64,000 nt of DNA from Candidatus Anderseniibacteriota bacterium (GTDB taxonomy: Bacteria > Patescibacteriota > Andersenbacteria > UBA10190). The position numbers were made by a program, and so were the translations under genes. Positions within the stretch are counted from its first letter, which is position 1. Each line of letters starts with the position of its first letter. Positions 1-10,556 of this stretch are shown here, in pieces. Below the pieces are notes generated by a model. It saw only the letters and a program-made list of their open reading frames with translations. It ran no database searches and was not told the DNA's origin. Where the stretch lies: contig JACPWO010000001.1 of assembly GCA_016197005.1 (NCBI GenBank), positions 218,544 through 282,543 on the forward strand, given 5' to 3'.

Positions 1-1062
1 TGAGCCATCGCTTAGTGGAATAAGTTCTTGAACTGAGCCTTTACCAAATGTCTTTTCTCCGACCACGGGAGCTTCTTTCTGTTCATGTAAGGCTCCAGCA
101 ATAATTTCGGATGCCGAAGCGCTACCTTGGTTGGCAAGGATAACAAGTGGTATATCTCGCAGGTTAGGATTGCCCTTGGTGAGGTGCTCCGTTTCCGTAT
201 CGCCGCGTTCAGATACCACGAGCGTCCCGGGGTTCAAAAAATGTGAAGCAATATCGACAGCTGTCTGTAAAAATCCACCTGGGTTATTGCGTACATCAAG
301 AATAATACCGGCTGGTTTTTGTTGGGCTAACTTTGAGGCAATCGCAGCAAATTGATCTTCGGTATCTCCGTTAAAGGTAAGGAGTTCAATAAGAGCAATG
401 TTGTCAGCAAGGTTTTCTGAGCGGACACTTTCAATGGTGATGGTATCTCGTCTGAGAGTAAATTCTTTCGTCACTACCTCTTCTCCATCCTGACGAGCAA
501 TAGTAAGTTTTACTTCTGTGCCTTGTTCACCACGAATATGTTGCACCACGTCATCGACAGTCATATCTGACGTTATTGGTTCGTCATCGATTGAAACAAT
601 GATGTCTCCCGCCAAAATACCAGCCTGCTCGGCAGGTGACCCGGCCAAAGGAGCAATAACGCGAATGAGGCCATCACGAGCCCCAATTTCAATCCCAACT
701 CCGGAGAATTGACCGGAGAGTGTTTCTTGAAACTGCTCACTATCTGCCGGATCAGAAAATACAGTGTATGGGTCGCCAGTGGCCCTCACCATGCCAGCCA
801 CTGCTCCGTAAAAAAGATCTTTGTCATCAAGGTCGCCAATGTAATTTTGATGGAGCGCATCCCAAGCTTCCCAGAATGTAGGGAAGACGAGTTGGCGCTG
901 TCCTTCATCAGTAACAGCTACTAAAAGCGGCCCGCCAACAGGAGCGTTCACGGGAACAACATAGCGACCAACAAAAAGACCAAAACCGACCGCCAGTACT
1001 ACGGCGGCAATACGCCCGGCGCTTCCCCTTCGCTTGGGCTGCTGTGGTGCAACTTGATCCAT
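1..1062 (-). CDS. C-terminal processing (tail-specific) peptidase, family S41, with PDZ domain. N-terminal part only; C-terminus runs off the left window edge.
   Basis: Hand translation of the minus strand from the ATG at 1062/1065 gives MMDQVAPQQPKRRGSAGRIAAVVLAVGFG... (TM anchor) ...GIEIGARDGLIRVIAPLAGSPAEQAGILAGDIIVSIDDEP (PDZ) ... NQGSASASEIIAGAL...KTFGKGSVQ (S41 catalytic Ser and Lys motifs). The frame is open to position 1. It is absent from the ORF track because no stop lies inside the window. Confidence 0.8.
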   Translation of the reverse strand, partial: MDQVAPQQPKRRGSAGRIAAVVLAVGFGLFVGRYVVPVNAPVGGPLLVAVTDEGQRQLVFPTFWEAWDALHQNYIGDLDDKDLFYGAVAGMVRATGDPYTVFSDPADSEQFQETLSGQFSGVGIEIGARDGLIRVIAPLAGSPAEQAGILAGDIIVSIDDEPITSDMTVDDVVQHIRGEQGTEVKLTIARQDGEEVVTKEFTLRRDTITIESVRSENLADNIALIELLTFNGDTEDQFAAIASKLAQQKPAGIILDVRNNPGGFLQTAVDIASHFLNPGTLVVSERGDTETEHLTKGNPNLRDIPLVILANQGSASASEIIAGALHEQKEAPVVGEKTFGKGSVQELIPLSDGS

Positions 1063-1064
1063 CA

Positions 1065-2864
1065 TTACTTTTCCGATTCTACCTTAATATGTAGGTCTTT
1101 GAGAAGCTTGGGATCTACTTCCGACGGAGCATTCATCATAAGATCACGCGCTTTTCCGTCCTTCGGGAAAGCATAAATTTCACGAATATTTGGTTCGTTC
1201 AGCAAAATCATAAGTAAACGATCAATACCTGGAGCACATCCGCCGTGAGGAGGGGTCCCATATTCAAATGCTTTAATCATTGCACCGAACTTTTTATCGA
1301 CTTCTTCTTTAGAATAGCCAGCAATCTTAAACGCTTCATACATAACATCTGGTCGGTGGTTACGTATAGCACCAGAACTAATCTCAAAGCCATTGAGCGC
1401 TAAATCATATTGATACCCCAAAATATCTAGCGGGTCTTTTGTCTTTAATGCTTCAATACCGCCTTGTGGCATTGAAAATGGGTTGTGCGAGAAGTCTATC
1501 TTTCCTTCTTCTTCGTTATATTCGTACATCGGGAAATCTGTAATCCATACCCAGGCGGCTTGCTTTGGGTCTCGCAGCTGTAATGCTTCGGCTGCTGCTA
1601 GTCGCACCGCTCCGAGCGCTTTGCTTGCCTCGATGAACGACCCAGCACCAAAGAATATAATGTCGCCCTTCTTGGCTCCCACGTTGATTACAATCTGTTT
1701 CGCAACGTCTTCACCTAAATGTTTAATAATTGGCGAGGTAAGTTCCTCCTTAACTAGAATGTAGGCCAACCCACCCGCTCCATTCTGCTTGGCAACCTCT
1801 GTCAGCTTATCGATCGTGCCTCGCGTAAAGATAGCTCCGCCTGGTATATGTAACGCATGCACAACTCCCTTTTTCAGAGCTTCATTAAATACTTTGAATG
1901 ACCCTGTTTTAGCAATATCGGAAACGTCCGATATAAAAAGCTCGAAACGAATATCTGGTTTATCGCTACCATACTTTGTCATCGCCTCGTGCCACGTTAT
2001 TCGGGGGAAAGGCTTTTCCAGAATTTTCTTCTCACTAAACGTTTCGGTGAGTTCCACCATGAGCGGCTCCACTGCCTGGAACACATCTTCTTGTTCGACA
2101 AAAGACATTTCTAAATCAATTTGGTAAAAATCACCGGCGTGGCGATCAGCTCGAGGATCTTCATCACGAAAACATGGCGCTATTTGAAAATATCTGTCTA
2201 AACCTCCGACCATTAACAACTGCTTGAATTGCTGGGGCGCTTGCGGCAACGCATAGAACTTGCCTGGATATAGACGACTCGGAACCAGGAAATCTCGTGC
2301 TCCTTCCGGAGAGGAGTTCGCTAAAATTGGGGTTTGTACTTCCGTAAAGCCGGCACTGCGCATGTACTGTCTCGTATGGTCTATAAAGTCGCCTCGCATT
2401 TTAAGCATGCGTTGCAGACGAGGATGACGTAAATCTAAAAAGCGGTACTGGAGACGAAGCTCTTCGCCAGCTTCTACTTTTTCGGCAATGGGAAACGGAG
2501 GTGTTTTTGACGGTCCAAGTATTTCGAGAGAAGCAACTTCTATTTCAATTTCCCCTGTAGCTAAATCTGGATTCTGCATTTCTTTCGGCCGTGCAACTAC
2601 TTTTCCTTCAACATGGACGACGAATTCACTGCGAAGCGTGTCAGCTGTTTTAAAGTCGCCACCTTTTTGGGGATTGAACGTAAGCTGCGTTATTCCCCAC
2701 TTATCCCGAAGGTCAATAAAAATAAGGCCACCGTGGTCACGACGAGAATGTACCCAGCCAGATAAATGGACAACTTCTCCAGCGTGTTCAGCCCGCAGCT
2801 GCCCGCACGTATGTGTCCGATATTTATTCTTGGTAACAATTGCCTTTTCGGCCGGTTTTGACAT
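1065..2864 (-). CDS. aspS: aspartyl-tRNA synthetase
   Basis: 599 aa; N-terminal OB anticodon-binding domain plus class II motifs (FRDEDPRADR, GGCAPGIDRLLM). Confidence 0.92.
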   Translation of the reverse strand: MSKPAEKAIVTKNKYRTHTCGQLRAEHAGEVVHLSGWVHSRRDHGGLIFIDLRDKWGITQLTFNPQKGGDFKTADTLRSEFVVHVEGKVVARPKEMQNPDLATGEIEIEVASLEILGPSKTPPFPIAEKVEAGEELRLQYRFLDLRHPRLQRMLKMRGDFIDHTRQYMRSAGFTEVQTPILANSSPEGARDFLVPSRLYPGKFYALPQAPQQFKQLLMVGGLDRYFQIAPCFRDEDPRADRHAGDFYQIDLEMSFVEQEDVFQAVEPLMVELTETFSEKKILEKPFPRITWHEAMTKYGSDKPDIRFELFISDVSDIAKTGSFKVFNEALKKGVVHALHIPGGAIFTRGTIDKLTEVAKQNGAGGLAYILVKEELTSPIIKHLGEDVAKQIVINVGAKKGDIIFFGAGSFIEASKALGAVRLAAAEALQLRDPKQAAWVWITDFPMYEYNEEEGKIDFSHNPFSMPQGGIEALKTKDPLDILGYQYDLALNGFEISSGAIRNHRPDVMYEAFKIAGYSKEEVDKKFGAMIKAFEYGTPPHGGCAPGIDRLLMILLNEPNIREIYAFPKDGKARDLMMNAPSEVDPKLLKDLHIKVESEK

Positions 2865-2939
2865 GGCCTTAGCGTACTTAAAAGCCCCCGCTTCAGCAAA
2901 CTTTGTCCTACAAAAAATAGCCGAGTAATTCGGCTATTT

Positions 2940-3400
2940 AGTAATTCCGAGGGGACTTGTAGCGACCAACGTCACTAGAAATCCCCTAGGTGCCTCTCCC
3001 GAATAAACGGGGTCGGCGGTCGTATGATCCTAGGGTGCGCCGCGCTCCTTCAAACGCGGCTTCATTGGAGTAATGAACACTGCATACAAGTATGCATTCG
3101 GTATATTTCAAGAAATCAAAAATACCGACTGCCTACTTATGTGATAGTTGTCAAAAAGTTCCAGAAATTTGGAACCCTCTAATATACAAAACCAGCTTAG
3201 ATGTGGCAAGGCGGTAATCATCGCGTGAGCAGTAGGTCCACACGAGCACTCCTAGGCGCAAGGCAAGGCAAGCAACATCTTGCGTAAAGCAAGAGAACTG
3301 TCCTAGCTTTATTGCTCGGAGCAAATCCTTAGCTAAAAGAAGCCAAGGCCCTCCTTACCACGTCTAAACCGGTTGAACCAGGCACAGACGCATATTTCAG
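2940..3400 (+). ncRNA. Candidate structured non-coding RNA in an ORF-free, hairpin-rich stretch. It has weak, ordered resemblance to bacterial RNase P RNA conserved blocks; identity unresolved.
   Basis: No ORF longer than 60 aa on either strand across 2929-3530. Ordered blocks AGGGTGCGCCGCG (3037), GGCGGTAATCATCGCGTGAGCAG (3212), CGGAGCAA (3314), GCCAAGGCC (3345), ACAGACGC (3385). Several GC-rich hairpins. No clear P4 (GGAAAGTCCGG) block found. Confidence 0.15.
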
Positions 3401-3535
3401 AGAACTGATTATTATAATCATAATGGCTCTTTTGTCAAATGTATTTTGTAATTTATATTTTGTGCAAAAAGAAAGGCGGCCATAGATGTTTCGGAGACAT
3501 CCATAACCGCCGGGTTTACCTACTCTCGGTTGACC

Positions 3536-4308
3536 TCACCCAGCCGCAGCGAGCTGAGATGGCCTGGACTTGGACCGGGACTTCAAGCTATGTGGCAGTC
3601 GGAACTGCGTAATAGCTGCTGTGGCCAGATCCCAGTCAAGAATGGTTCGTTGCTCGGGAATTCCATTCGTGTCGAGCGAGATGATGCCCTTGTGGAAAGC
3701 AAGCATGGGCGAAGTTTTCACATCAATTCCCAGACGATCGCAGATCACGGCCCAGCAGTACTGCTCATCATCGGGGCTGTCAAAGCCCTTGCATACTCGC
3801 CTCATTGCTGACCAAAGGACATCCTTTCGAAACCATTGCATTCTACTTCTCCTAAGGAAAATGGGGTTGGAAACTGTCAACCGCAAGAACGCTAGTTCCC
3901 GCACAAAGCATGCATCGCGATCTCAACACGCTGTCGGTGATTTCGCGGCATTTTGAGAGGGCGACGGCCGGCTGCGGCCAGTTTCTCTCTGGAAGTGCTC
4001 AACCAGACATCGCGTTGTAATACTCCCTCAGCAGCGCGCGACTGCACAACTTCCGCGACCACTAGCTCGGTGTCGTTCGAGATTTCTGACCAGCCTTTTG
4101 ACTGACCAATTCCCTCGAGAACGCACAGTGGTAAATCCCGGTCAGCACTGCGTAGCCGTTTGTTTTTCCGGCTACAGTACTCCCGAATTTGACCCGCAGT
4201 CACCACCAAGCTATCGACACTCCTTCTCTGCTTCCTCACACCGTTTTGTCCCGACATGTCCTTACTCCTTTCGAGACTCTCTTCAAGTAAATAAAGTGTA
4301 CGGTGCAC
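3536..4308 (-). pseudogene. Two short, frame-overlapping ORFs (138 aa and 122 aa) of unknown family in a GC-rich segment. Possibly a disrupted gene of a decayed insert.
   Basis: ORFs 3892..4308 and 3536..3904 lie on the same strand in different frames and overlap by 13 nt. Local GC is visibly higher than surrounding genes. No recognisable motifs. Confidence 0.25.
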
Positions 4309-4479
4309 CTAAGCGCACATGCCTGTCCACAGGCATGAAGAAAATATACTCTGGTTTTGTTTTTTGTCAATAATCTTTGACAATATTTCAACCTACTCTA
4401 TTAGGTGTTTCGAATGCCGACAAATATTACCTTTCCAGACATATATCAGCCATTAGATTTGTGCGGCAACGAATTTTCT

Positions 4480-4555
4480 TGGTGCGTCCACCAGGAATCG
4501 AACCTGGAACCGTTGGCTTAAAAGGCCACTGCTCTGCCGATTGAGCTATGGACGC
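4480..4555 (-). tRNA. tRNA-Lys (anticodon UUU), CCA encoded
   Basis: Reverse complement folds as a cloverleaf: acceptor GCGTCCA/TGGACGC, D arm GCTC/GAGC, anticodon loop CTTTTAA, T arm CCAGG-TTCGATT-CCTGG, discriminator A, then CCA. Confidence 0.9.
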
Positions 4556-4660
4556 ATACATATATTCCCCTCGTTAAGTTTTGCACACGACGGACTAGCA
4601 CTCAACGTAGATATGATATACTACACCCAGCTTTAATTCTCAACCTTAAACATAAAAGAT

Positions 4661-5311
4661 ATGAGCAGAACATTGCGTTTGGAAGTCTCGGCAGGCATTG
4701 TCGCGGCTATCATTGGTGTAGCTGCAGCCTTAGCTGCACTCCCCTCCTTCGCTGCTAGCGAAGACTATCCGTTTAATATCCGAGGCATCGTCCAGTCGGT
4801 CGATAAGACCAACATGAAGATCGTGGTGCAAGGCACTAAGTCTTCGGCGAAAGCAGTTGCCGAAACTCAGAGTAAAGAAGTTCAATATAGCCTCAAGAGT
4901 GTAAAAATCTGGAAGTGGGAAAATGGTAAACAGGTTGCTCGCAATATTAGCTTCGTAAAACCAAATGACGAAGTAGTAATGATTGGGAGAAAGGTTAGTG
5001 GCACTTTCGTTGTCGATAAACTCACAATCAACGACCGTAAATTTACGGTCGTAGGACGAGTGAAGGATTACAACACTGCCGAAAACTGGATTAAAGTGCG
5101 AGTCGGTCGTTCAACGTTGCAACACAAAGGTGTTGTGAACACTGACATCAAGTTCTACTACGATGACGACACTACTTGCATGCGCTTAGGCAATGAAATT
5201 GATTGTAGTGAAATTGCAAGCGAAAATCAGGGTATCCGTATAGATGGAGAACGCTCCAGCACCGGTGGCAAATGGAATGCTACAAAGATCTGGAACCGCT
5301 TCCCTATCTAG
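4661..5311 (+). CDS. secreted hypothetical protein (N-terminal signal peptide)
   Basis: 216 aa; N-terminal hydrophobic segment AGIVAAIIGVAAALAALPSFAA followed by a hydrophilic beta-rich body. A strong terminator follows. Confidence 0.6.
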   Translation: MSRTLRLEVSAGIVAAIIGVAAALAALPSFAASEDYPFNIRGIVQSVDKTNMKIVVQGTKSSAKAVAETQSKEVQYSLKSVKIWKWENGKQVARNISFVKPNDEVVMIGRKVSGTFVVDKLTINDRKFTVVGRVKDYNTAENWIKVRVGRSTLQHKGVVNTDIKFYYDDDTTCMRLGNEIDCSEIASENQGIRIDGERSSTGGKWNATKIWNRFPI

Positions 5312-5334
5312 CTAGCTATCTGTTGAAACAAAAA

Positions 5335-5357
5335 GCGGCCGCTCGGGCCGCTTTTTT
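5335..5357. terminator. bidirectional rho-independent terminator
   Basis: AAAA-GCGGCC-GCTCG-GGCCGC-TTTTTT: a perfect 6-bp GC stem flanked by an A-run and a T-run. It sits between convergent genes 4661..5311 (+) and 5376..6149 (-). Confidence 0.8.
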
Positions 5358-5375
5358 GTAGATTAAGGAATATTT

Positions 5376-6149
5376 TTATCGTTCCATGTCTTTTGCCCAA
5401 CCATCAAGAATTTCAGGTACTTTGCTAATGGAATCAAGGGTAATGTAGTCGTTGTTAAAGGGATCTACTTTCATATAGTTCCAAGTACCTCGTGGAATAT
5501 AAATAGCTTTTACTCCCAACTCCAATGCTGGGTTAATATCCGTTCGGATAGAGTTTCCAATTGATGCAATAAAGTCTTTATCGAACTGCTCTACCGCTTC
5601 CCGCAGAACCTTTGCCTTATCCCCATCCGGTAAGAAGTGGATTGTTGAGAAATATTTTCCTAGATCAGTTGAATCTAGCTTGCGCTGTTGAATATCGGCA
5701 GCTCCGGCGGTCATAAGATGTAATTCGTAGCGGCCATAGCGTACCAGCTCATTTAGCACTTCTACTACATCCGGAATTACAAAGTACGGTGGATCATACG
5801 TTTGGATGATCATAGCCGTCAGCAACTGCTCAATATGCGGTTTTGGCGTACGGCCTCGTTCCTGACATAGCTCTCGGTAGCACGTTACCCAAGTGTTAAT
5901 GAGACGCTTTGGCAAATACTTCTCGTGCGGTGGAATTTCTTCCAACATCTTGTTATCGATGCTGCGAGCCCGTTGCAGAATCTCATCGATTTGTGGAGCA
6001 CGCGTTTCGAACCCCAAAATAATAAAACGCAGACACTCACAAAAAATCATTTCGAATTTGTAGCCTTCATCCACCAGGGTGTCATCTAAGTCGAAGAAGA
6101 CCTGCTTCTTAGTAAATCTATTAGTCATAGTATCGGGAGTGTAATCCAA
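5376..6149 (-). CDS. HAD-superfamily hydrolase
   Basis: N-terminal FFDLDDTLVD (HAD motif I, DxDxT/V); 257 aa. Confidence 0.6.
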   Translation of the reverse strand: MDYTPDTMTNRFTKKQVFFDLDDTLVDEGYKFEMIFCECLRFIILGFETRAPQIDEILQRARSIDNKMLEEIPPHEKYLPKRLINTWVTCYRELCQERGRTPKPHIEQLLTAMIIQTYDPPYFVIPDVVEVLNELVRYGRYELHLMTAGAADIQQRKLDSTDLGKYFSTIHFLPDGDKAKVLREAVEQFDKDFIASIGNSIRTDINPALELGVKAIYIPRGTWNYMKVDPFNNDYITLDSISKVPEILDGWAKDMER

Positions 6150-6162
6150 CCTCTAAATTTGT

Positions 6163-7248
6163 CTAGAGCCACTTTTTTCGCTTTGGTTTGCTTTTTCCAC
6201 CGTCTAGTTCTTCTAAGAGCTTTCTCTGTTCCCGTGAAAGACGCCGTGGTACGTCTATAGTCACCCGGACAATATGGTCGCCCTTTCCGCCCTCAAGACC
6301 GCGAAAACCCTGCCCGGAAAAGCGAAATTCAGTCCCTGGCTGAGTACCAGCAGGAATATCGAGAGATTCTTGTCCATAGAGCGTCCGAACTGGGGCCGTA
6401 GTTCCTAGAGCAGCCTGTGGAAAAGAAATGACTGCTTCGGAGCGCACATCATTACCGTCTCGACGTAACGCTGGATCAGGAGTGACGTGAATACTGATAT
6501 ACATATCCCCGGCTATGCCACCATGGGGTGGAGCCTCTCCTCTGCCAGAAAGTCGGATCTGTTGCCCATCCGAAATTCCGGCCGGAATATCTACTTCCAG
6601 CTCTTGAGTTTGCAGTGTTCTTCCTTCGCCGTGACAACGACTGCAAGGTTGCTTCGCTTGCTTTCCTTCACCCTGGCAGGTTGGGCAGATAGATCTCGTG
6701 GCAAATACGCCGAGCGGTGTTTGCCTTGATTGCGTAACTACCCCCTGTCCACCGCAGGTAGCACAAGTTTCGATTGGAGTCCCGGGCTCAGCGCTGTTAC
6801 CATGGCAGCGCTCACACTTCTGATACATGCGCGGCGCAACTGTTTGTTTGGTTCCTTGTGCAGATTCTAAAAAAGATATCGTGACATCAACTGCCACATC
6901 AGACCCACGACGAGTGGCTGGACGCCCACCACGTCCGCCGAATCCACCGCCAAACATTGAACCAAAAATATCTCCAATACCGCCTAAGTCTTCAAAATTG
7001 ATGTTAAAACCACCAAACGGGTTGCCCCCACCTGGTTCTTCAGAAGTCTGTCCAAACTGATCGTACTGTGCTCGTTTTTTCTCATCGCTTAAAACTTGGT
7101 ATGCTTCGTTGATTTGTTTGAACTTATTTTCATCACCCCCCGCTTTGTCTGGGTGATGGGCATGCGCCAGCTTTCGATAAGCTTTTTTAATATCTTCTTT
7201 TGTGGCATCCCGGCTAACGCCAAGCACGCTGTAATAATCGTCAGCCAT
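6163..7248 (-). CDS. dnaJ: chaperone DnaJ
   Basis: J domain with HPD (AHAHHPDK), G/F-rich region, four CxxCxGxG zinc-finger repeats, C-terminal domain. Confidence 0.93.
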   Translation of the reverse strand: MADDYYSVLGVSRDATKEDIKKAYRKLAHAHHPDKAGGDENKFKQINEAYQVLSDEKKRAQYDQFGQTSEEPGGGNPFGGFNINFEDLGGIGDIFGSMFGGGFGGRGGRPATRRGSDVAVDVTISFLESAQGTKQTVAPRMYQKCERCHGNSAEPGTPIETCATCGGQGVVTQSRQTPLGVFATRSICPTCQGEGKQAKQPCSRCHGEGRTLQTQELEVDIPAGISDGQQIRLSGRGEAPPHGGIAGDMYISIHVTPDPALRRDGNDVRSEAVISFPQAALGTTAPVRTLYGQESLDIPAGTQPGTEFRFSGQGFRGLEGGKGDHIVRVTIDVPRRLSREQRKLLEELDGGKSKPKRKKWL

Positions 7249-7251
7249 GGG

Positions 7252-8181
7252 TTATATCTCTACCCGCTCAGCAGTTACTTGTGTTTGTTCAATGCGGACA
7301 AGACCTGCTTTCTTCGCCATCCACATAAGAGCACCAGCTAAGAAGAGCGGTATCCAGGAAATAAGGGGAACGGTCGCCCGGATAGCGAGAAGACCAATGG
7401 TAGCCATCACAATGACGGCGAGGATTCCATTACCGGCTGTTACTCGACGTAAGAAGTCATTGCTGTACATCACTGCAACCTTCGCTACGGTTTCGTTGCC
7501 GTCTAAGTCTTCTAGTTTGAGTGATCGAGCCAGTTCTTGGCGTGCTTGTTCGAGTTGCTGGGGCGGGAGCGATGAGAATGAATCACCCAGCTGCTGGCGT
7601 GCCTGCGCCGAGATAAGTTCATCGACCGTTGCTTGTGGGGTATATCCTGGCAGCATGTTGCTAATAACGGGTGCGACGGGAGCCAGAATGGTGGCAGCTA
7701 CTTCTTCGGATAGACCAAACTTTCCTTCTCGGAGTCCTTCGCGCAAAGCCGGTACTGACAACGCAAAAGCAGCAACGGCAATACCAGCAATAAGGAGACC
7801 AATACCGGGAATAAGAATGTAACGAAGTTGTGTACGAAGGCGTTCAGTAGACTTTCGGACAATACTATCTTGAGCAGCGAATATAAAGAGAGCTAAAAGT
7901 GCACCGCCTACTAAAGATGCAACTGACAGCCGACCGACTATGAACATGGTAACTAGGCCAGTTACTATTATCGACAGGCGTCCCCCAAACCACTTAGCGA
8001 GGAATAAACTAGACAGTGAAGTTATCGCAGCCCATAACAACACTACTGCTACCACGCCCCAAGATAATCCGAGCGTCGCATTTAAATTCACAACTGAAAC
8101 ACTTACGATCAACGCTACCGCGAGCGTGGTAAGAGCCGCGATGATAACAATCCCGACTTCTTTTTGGCGAGAGGGCTGCAT
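7252..8181 (-). CDS. hypothetical polytopic membrane protein sitting between dnaK and dnaJ
   Basis: 309 aa with multiple hydrophobic helices; no recognisable motif. Confidence 0.5.
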   Translation of the reverse strand: MQPSRQKEVGIVIIAALTTLAVALIVSVSVVNLNATLGLSWGVVAVVLLWAAITSLSSLFLAKWFGGRLSIIVTGLVTMFIVGRLSVASLVGGALLALFIFAAQDSIVRKSTERLRTQLRYILIPGIGLLIAGIAVAAFALSVPALREGLREGKFGLSEEVAATILAPVAPVISNMLPGYTPQATVDELISAQARQQLGDSFSSLPPQQLEQARQELARSLKLEDLDGNETVAKVAVMYSNDFLRRVTAGNGILAVIVMATIGLLAIRATVPLISWIPLFLAGALMWMAKKAGLVRIEQTQVTAERVEI

Positions 8182-8209
8182 GCGCCTTTAAGTATACGCC
8201 AAGAAGGAA

Positions 8210-10069
8210 TTACTTTTTCTCTTCAGCCTTACCGTCAACGACGTCGGGTTTTGTTGGGCCTGCCTGACTAGTTTGTCCGTAAATGTGCTGACCCAATTTT
8301 AGCGCTTCTTGTGATAAGGCTTCAGTTGCCTGTTTCAGAACGGCCGTGTCCTCACCTGTCTGTGCTTTCTTGAGAGCCTCTAATTTTTCTTCGATACCCT
8401 TTTTAATATCTGCTGGTGCTTTATCTCCAGCTTCTTTGAGAGCCTTTTCAGTAGCATAGACAAGTTGCTCAGCCTGATTCCTTACCTCTACCGCTTCTTT
8501 CTTCTTCTTGTCATCAGCCGCGAATTTTTCGGCTTCGCTCTTCATACGGGTTACCTCTTCATCGGAGATACCGGATGTGCCCTCGATTCGGATTTTCTGT
8601 TCTTTACTAGTGCCTTTGTCTTTGGCTGAGACACTCAATATACCGTTGGCATCGATATCAAAGGTTACTTCAATCTGTGGCACTCCTCGAGGTGCGGGAG
8701 CGATACCATCCAAAATGAAACGTCCCAAAGACTTATTATCCGCTGCCATTTCCCGCTCTCCTTGTAGAACGTGGATTTCTACTTGTGGCTGACTGTCAGC
8801 AGCTGTAGAAAATACTTGGGATTTTTTGGTCGGCACAGTTGTGTTCTTTTCAATGAGAGACGTACGAACACCACCTAATGTTTCCAACCCCAGTGTAAGT
8901 GGAGTGACATCGAGAAGAAGTACATCCTTAACGTCTCCCGTCATAATCCCACCCTGAATAGCAGCACCGGCAGCTACGACTTCATCTGGGTTAATATTTT
9001 TGTGTGGTTCTTTACCAAATAATTCCTTAACCGCGGCCACCACCTTCGGCATACGAGTCTGCCCACCTACCAAAACTACTTCGTTAATTTCGCTTGCAGA
9101 AAGACCAGCTTCTTTTAAGGCTTCTTTTGTGACGGTAATTGTTTTATCTATAAGGTCAGCCGTTAACTCTTCCAGCTTCGCTCGAGTCAACGTTAGCACT
9201 AAGTGCTTAGGTCCTTCAGGGCCAGTGGTTATGAATGGCTGGTTAATTTCAGTTTGGTTCGAACTTGAAAGCTCATGCTTAGCCCGCTCAGCGGATTCTT
9301 TGAGACGCTGCAGAGCCATTTGATCCTTACTTAAATCTATTCCTTCTTGCTTCTTAAACTCGTTGATGAGCCAATCAATAATCCGTTGATCGAAATCGTC
9401 ACCGCCCAAATAGGTGTCTCCGTGGGTTGCTACAACTTCAATTGTGTCAGCGCTTACTTCCAGAACGGATACGTCAAACGTTCCACCACCTAAGTCGAAG
9501 ACAACGATTTTTTCTTCTTTCTTCTTATCCAAGCCGTAGGCCAGAGCAGCTGCAGTTGGCTCATTTATGATACGTTTTACGTTAAAGCCAGCAATGGTAC
9601 CAGCATCTTTCGTCGCTTTGCGTTGTGAGTCATCGAAATATGCGGGAACGGTAATAACAGCCTCTTTAATTTCGTGTCCAAGCTTACTTTCAGCATCACT
9701 CTTTAATTTTTGGAGCACCATGGCTGAGATTTCAGCTGGACGAAGCCATTTGTCACCAAACTTTATTTCAACACTACCATCACTTCCTTCTCGCACATCA
9801 TATGGCAGCATTGCTTTGGCTTTTTGCACGGCCGGATCAGAAAAACGGCGGCCAATGAGACGTTTGGCAGAGAAAATTGTGTTAGCAGAATTTACAACTG
9901 CCTGGCGCTTAGCTACTACACCCACGAGCCGCTCACCATTTTTAGTGGCAACCACCGACGGAGTCGTGCGATTACCTTCACTATTTTCAATAATGACCGG
10001 CTCGCCTCCTTCAACGTAGGCTACCGCTGAGTTTGTTGTTCCTAAATCAATTCCTAATATTGTAGACAT
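8210..10069 (-). CDS. dnaK: chaperone DnaK (Hsp70)
   Basis: [26 protein letters not shown] signatures; 619 aa. Confidence 0.97.
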   Translation of the reverse strand: MSTILGIDLGTTNSAVAYVEGGEPVIIENSEGNRTTPSVVATKNGERLVGVVAKRQAVVNSANTIFSAKRLIGRRFSDPAVQKAKAMLPYDVREGSDGSVEIKFGDKWLRPAEISAMVLQKLKSDAESKLGHEIKEAVITVPAYFDDSQRKATKDAGTIAGFNVKRIINEPTAAALAYGLDKKKEEKIVVFDLGGGTFDVSVLEVSADTIEVVATHGDTYLGGDDFDQRIIDWLINEFKKQEGIDLSKDQMALQRLKESAERAKHELSSSNQTEINQPFITTGPEGPKHLVLTLTRAKLEELTADLIDKTITVTKEALKEAGLSASEINEVVLVGGQTRMPKVVAAVKELFGKEPHKNINPDEVVAAGAAIQGGIMTGDVKDVLLLDVTPLTLGLETLGGVRTSLIEKNTTVPTKKSQVFSTAADSQPQVEIHVLQGEREMAADNKSLGRFILDGIAPAPRGVPQIEVTFDIDANGILSVSAKDKGTSKEQKIRIEGTSGISDEEVTRMKSEAEKFAADDKKKKEAVEVRNQAEQLVYATEKALKEAGDKAPADIKKGIEEKLEALKKAQTGEDTAVLKQATEALSQEALKLGQHIYGQTSQAGPTKPDVVDGKAEEKK

Positions 10070-10096
10070 AATAATTTTATAAGTTAATATTCAAAG

Positions 10097-10552
10097 CTAT
10101 TTTCCTACTCTTACTTTAGCTGGTCGCAAAACGCGATCTCCCATTTTCCATCCCGTTTGTAGCACTTCGACGACCATACTACCCTCTTCTTCTGCTTGCC
10201 CCACCGCTTCATGGAATAATGGGTTAAATGGTTCTTTATTCGCCGTTATTGGTTCAAGCCCGAATTCAGCAAGTACTCGTTCAAAGTCTCGAGCAATATG
10301 GAGAACTCCCTTTGACCAATTATCCGCCTCTTTTCCTGTTGGGGCATGAGCTATTAGGGCGTTGAAATTATCGGCAACTTGTAAAAGAGGTTCTAGTACC
10401 TGTGCCTTAAACCGCTGTTGTTGAGACATCCCCTCATCCGACAGCCGCTTTCGGAGATTTTTGAGCTCCGCTCTCGCGCGCTGCCAGCCAGCTAAATATT
10501 CCCGCTCCTGTGTAGACGCTTTCCCATGAAGTTGTGAAGAGTATATGCTCAT
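10097..10552 (-). CDS. grpE: nucleotide exchange factor GrpE
   Basis: 151 aa; coiled-coil N-terminus plus GrpE C-terminal domain. Positioned between hrcA and dnaK. Confidence 0.85.
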   Translation of the reverse strand: MSIYSSQLHGKASTQEREYLAGWQRARAELKNLRKRLSDEGMSQQQRFKAQVLEPLLQVADNFNALIAHAPTGKEADNWSKGVLHIARDFERVLAEFGLEPITANKEPFNPLFHEAVGQAEEEGSMVVEVLQTGWKMGDRVLRPAKVRVGK

Positions 10553-10556
10553 AGAT

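Noticed and set aside
131-924. Three short plus-strand ORFs (131..355, 518..712, 709..924)
   Set aside because: They lie antisense to a well-supported S41 peptidase reading frame that is open across 1-1062.
1483-2928. Plus-strand ORFs (1483..1764, 1789..2127, 2488..2928) and minus-strand 2690..2899
   Set aside because: Antisense to, or nested within, aspS, and they lack motifs. Similar antisense or nested ORFs inside dnaK, dnaJ, ftsI, the Clp-like gene, rplL (39611..40018) and others were likewise discarded.
3030-3075. T-box riboswitch (AGGGTG...CCGCG-like box followed by a terminator hairpin) regulating aspS
   Set aside because: The box is on the plus strand whereas aspS is on the minus strand. 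The match to the T-box consensus is partial (missing residues). No Stem I/specifier loop could be identified.
2929-4479. Intact prophage or integrative element with integrase
   Set aside because: No recognisable integrase, excisionase or structural genes. Only degraded ORFs remain, so it is reported as a possible remnant in findings.
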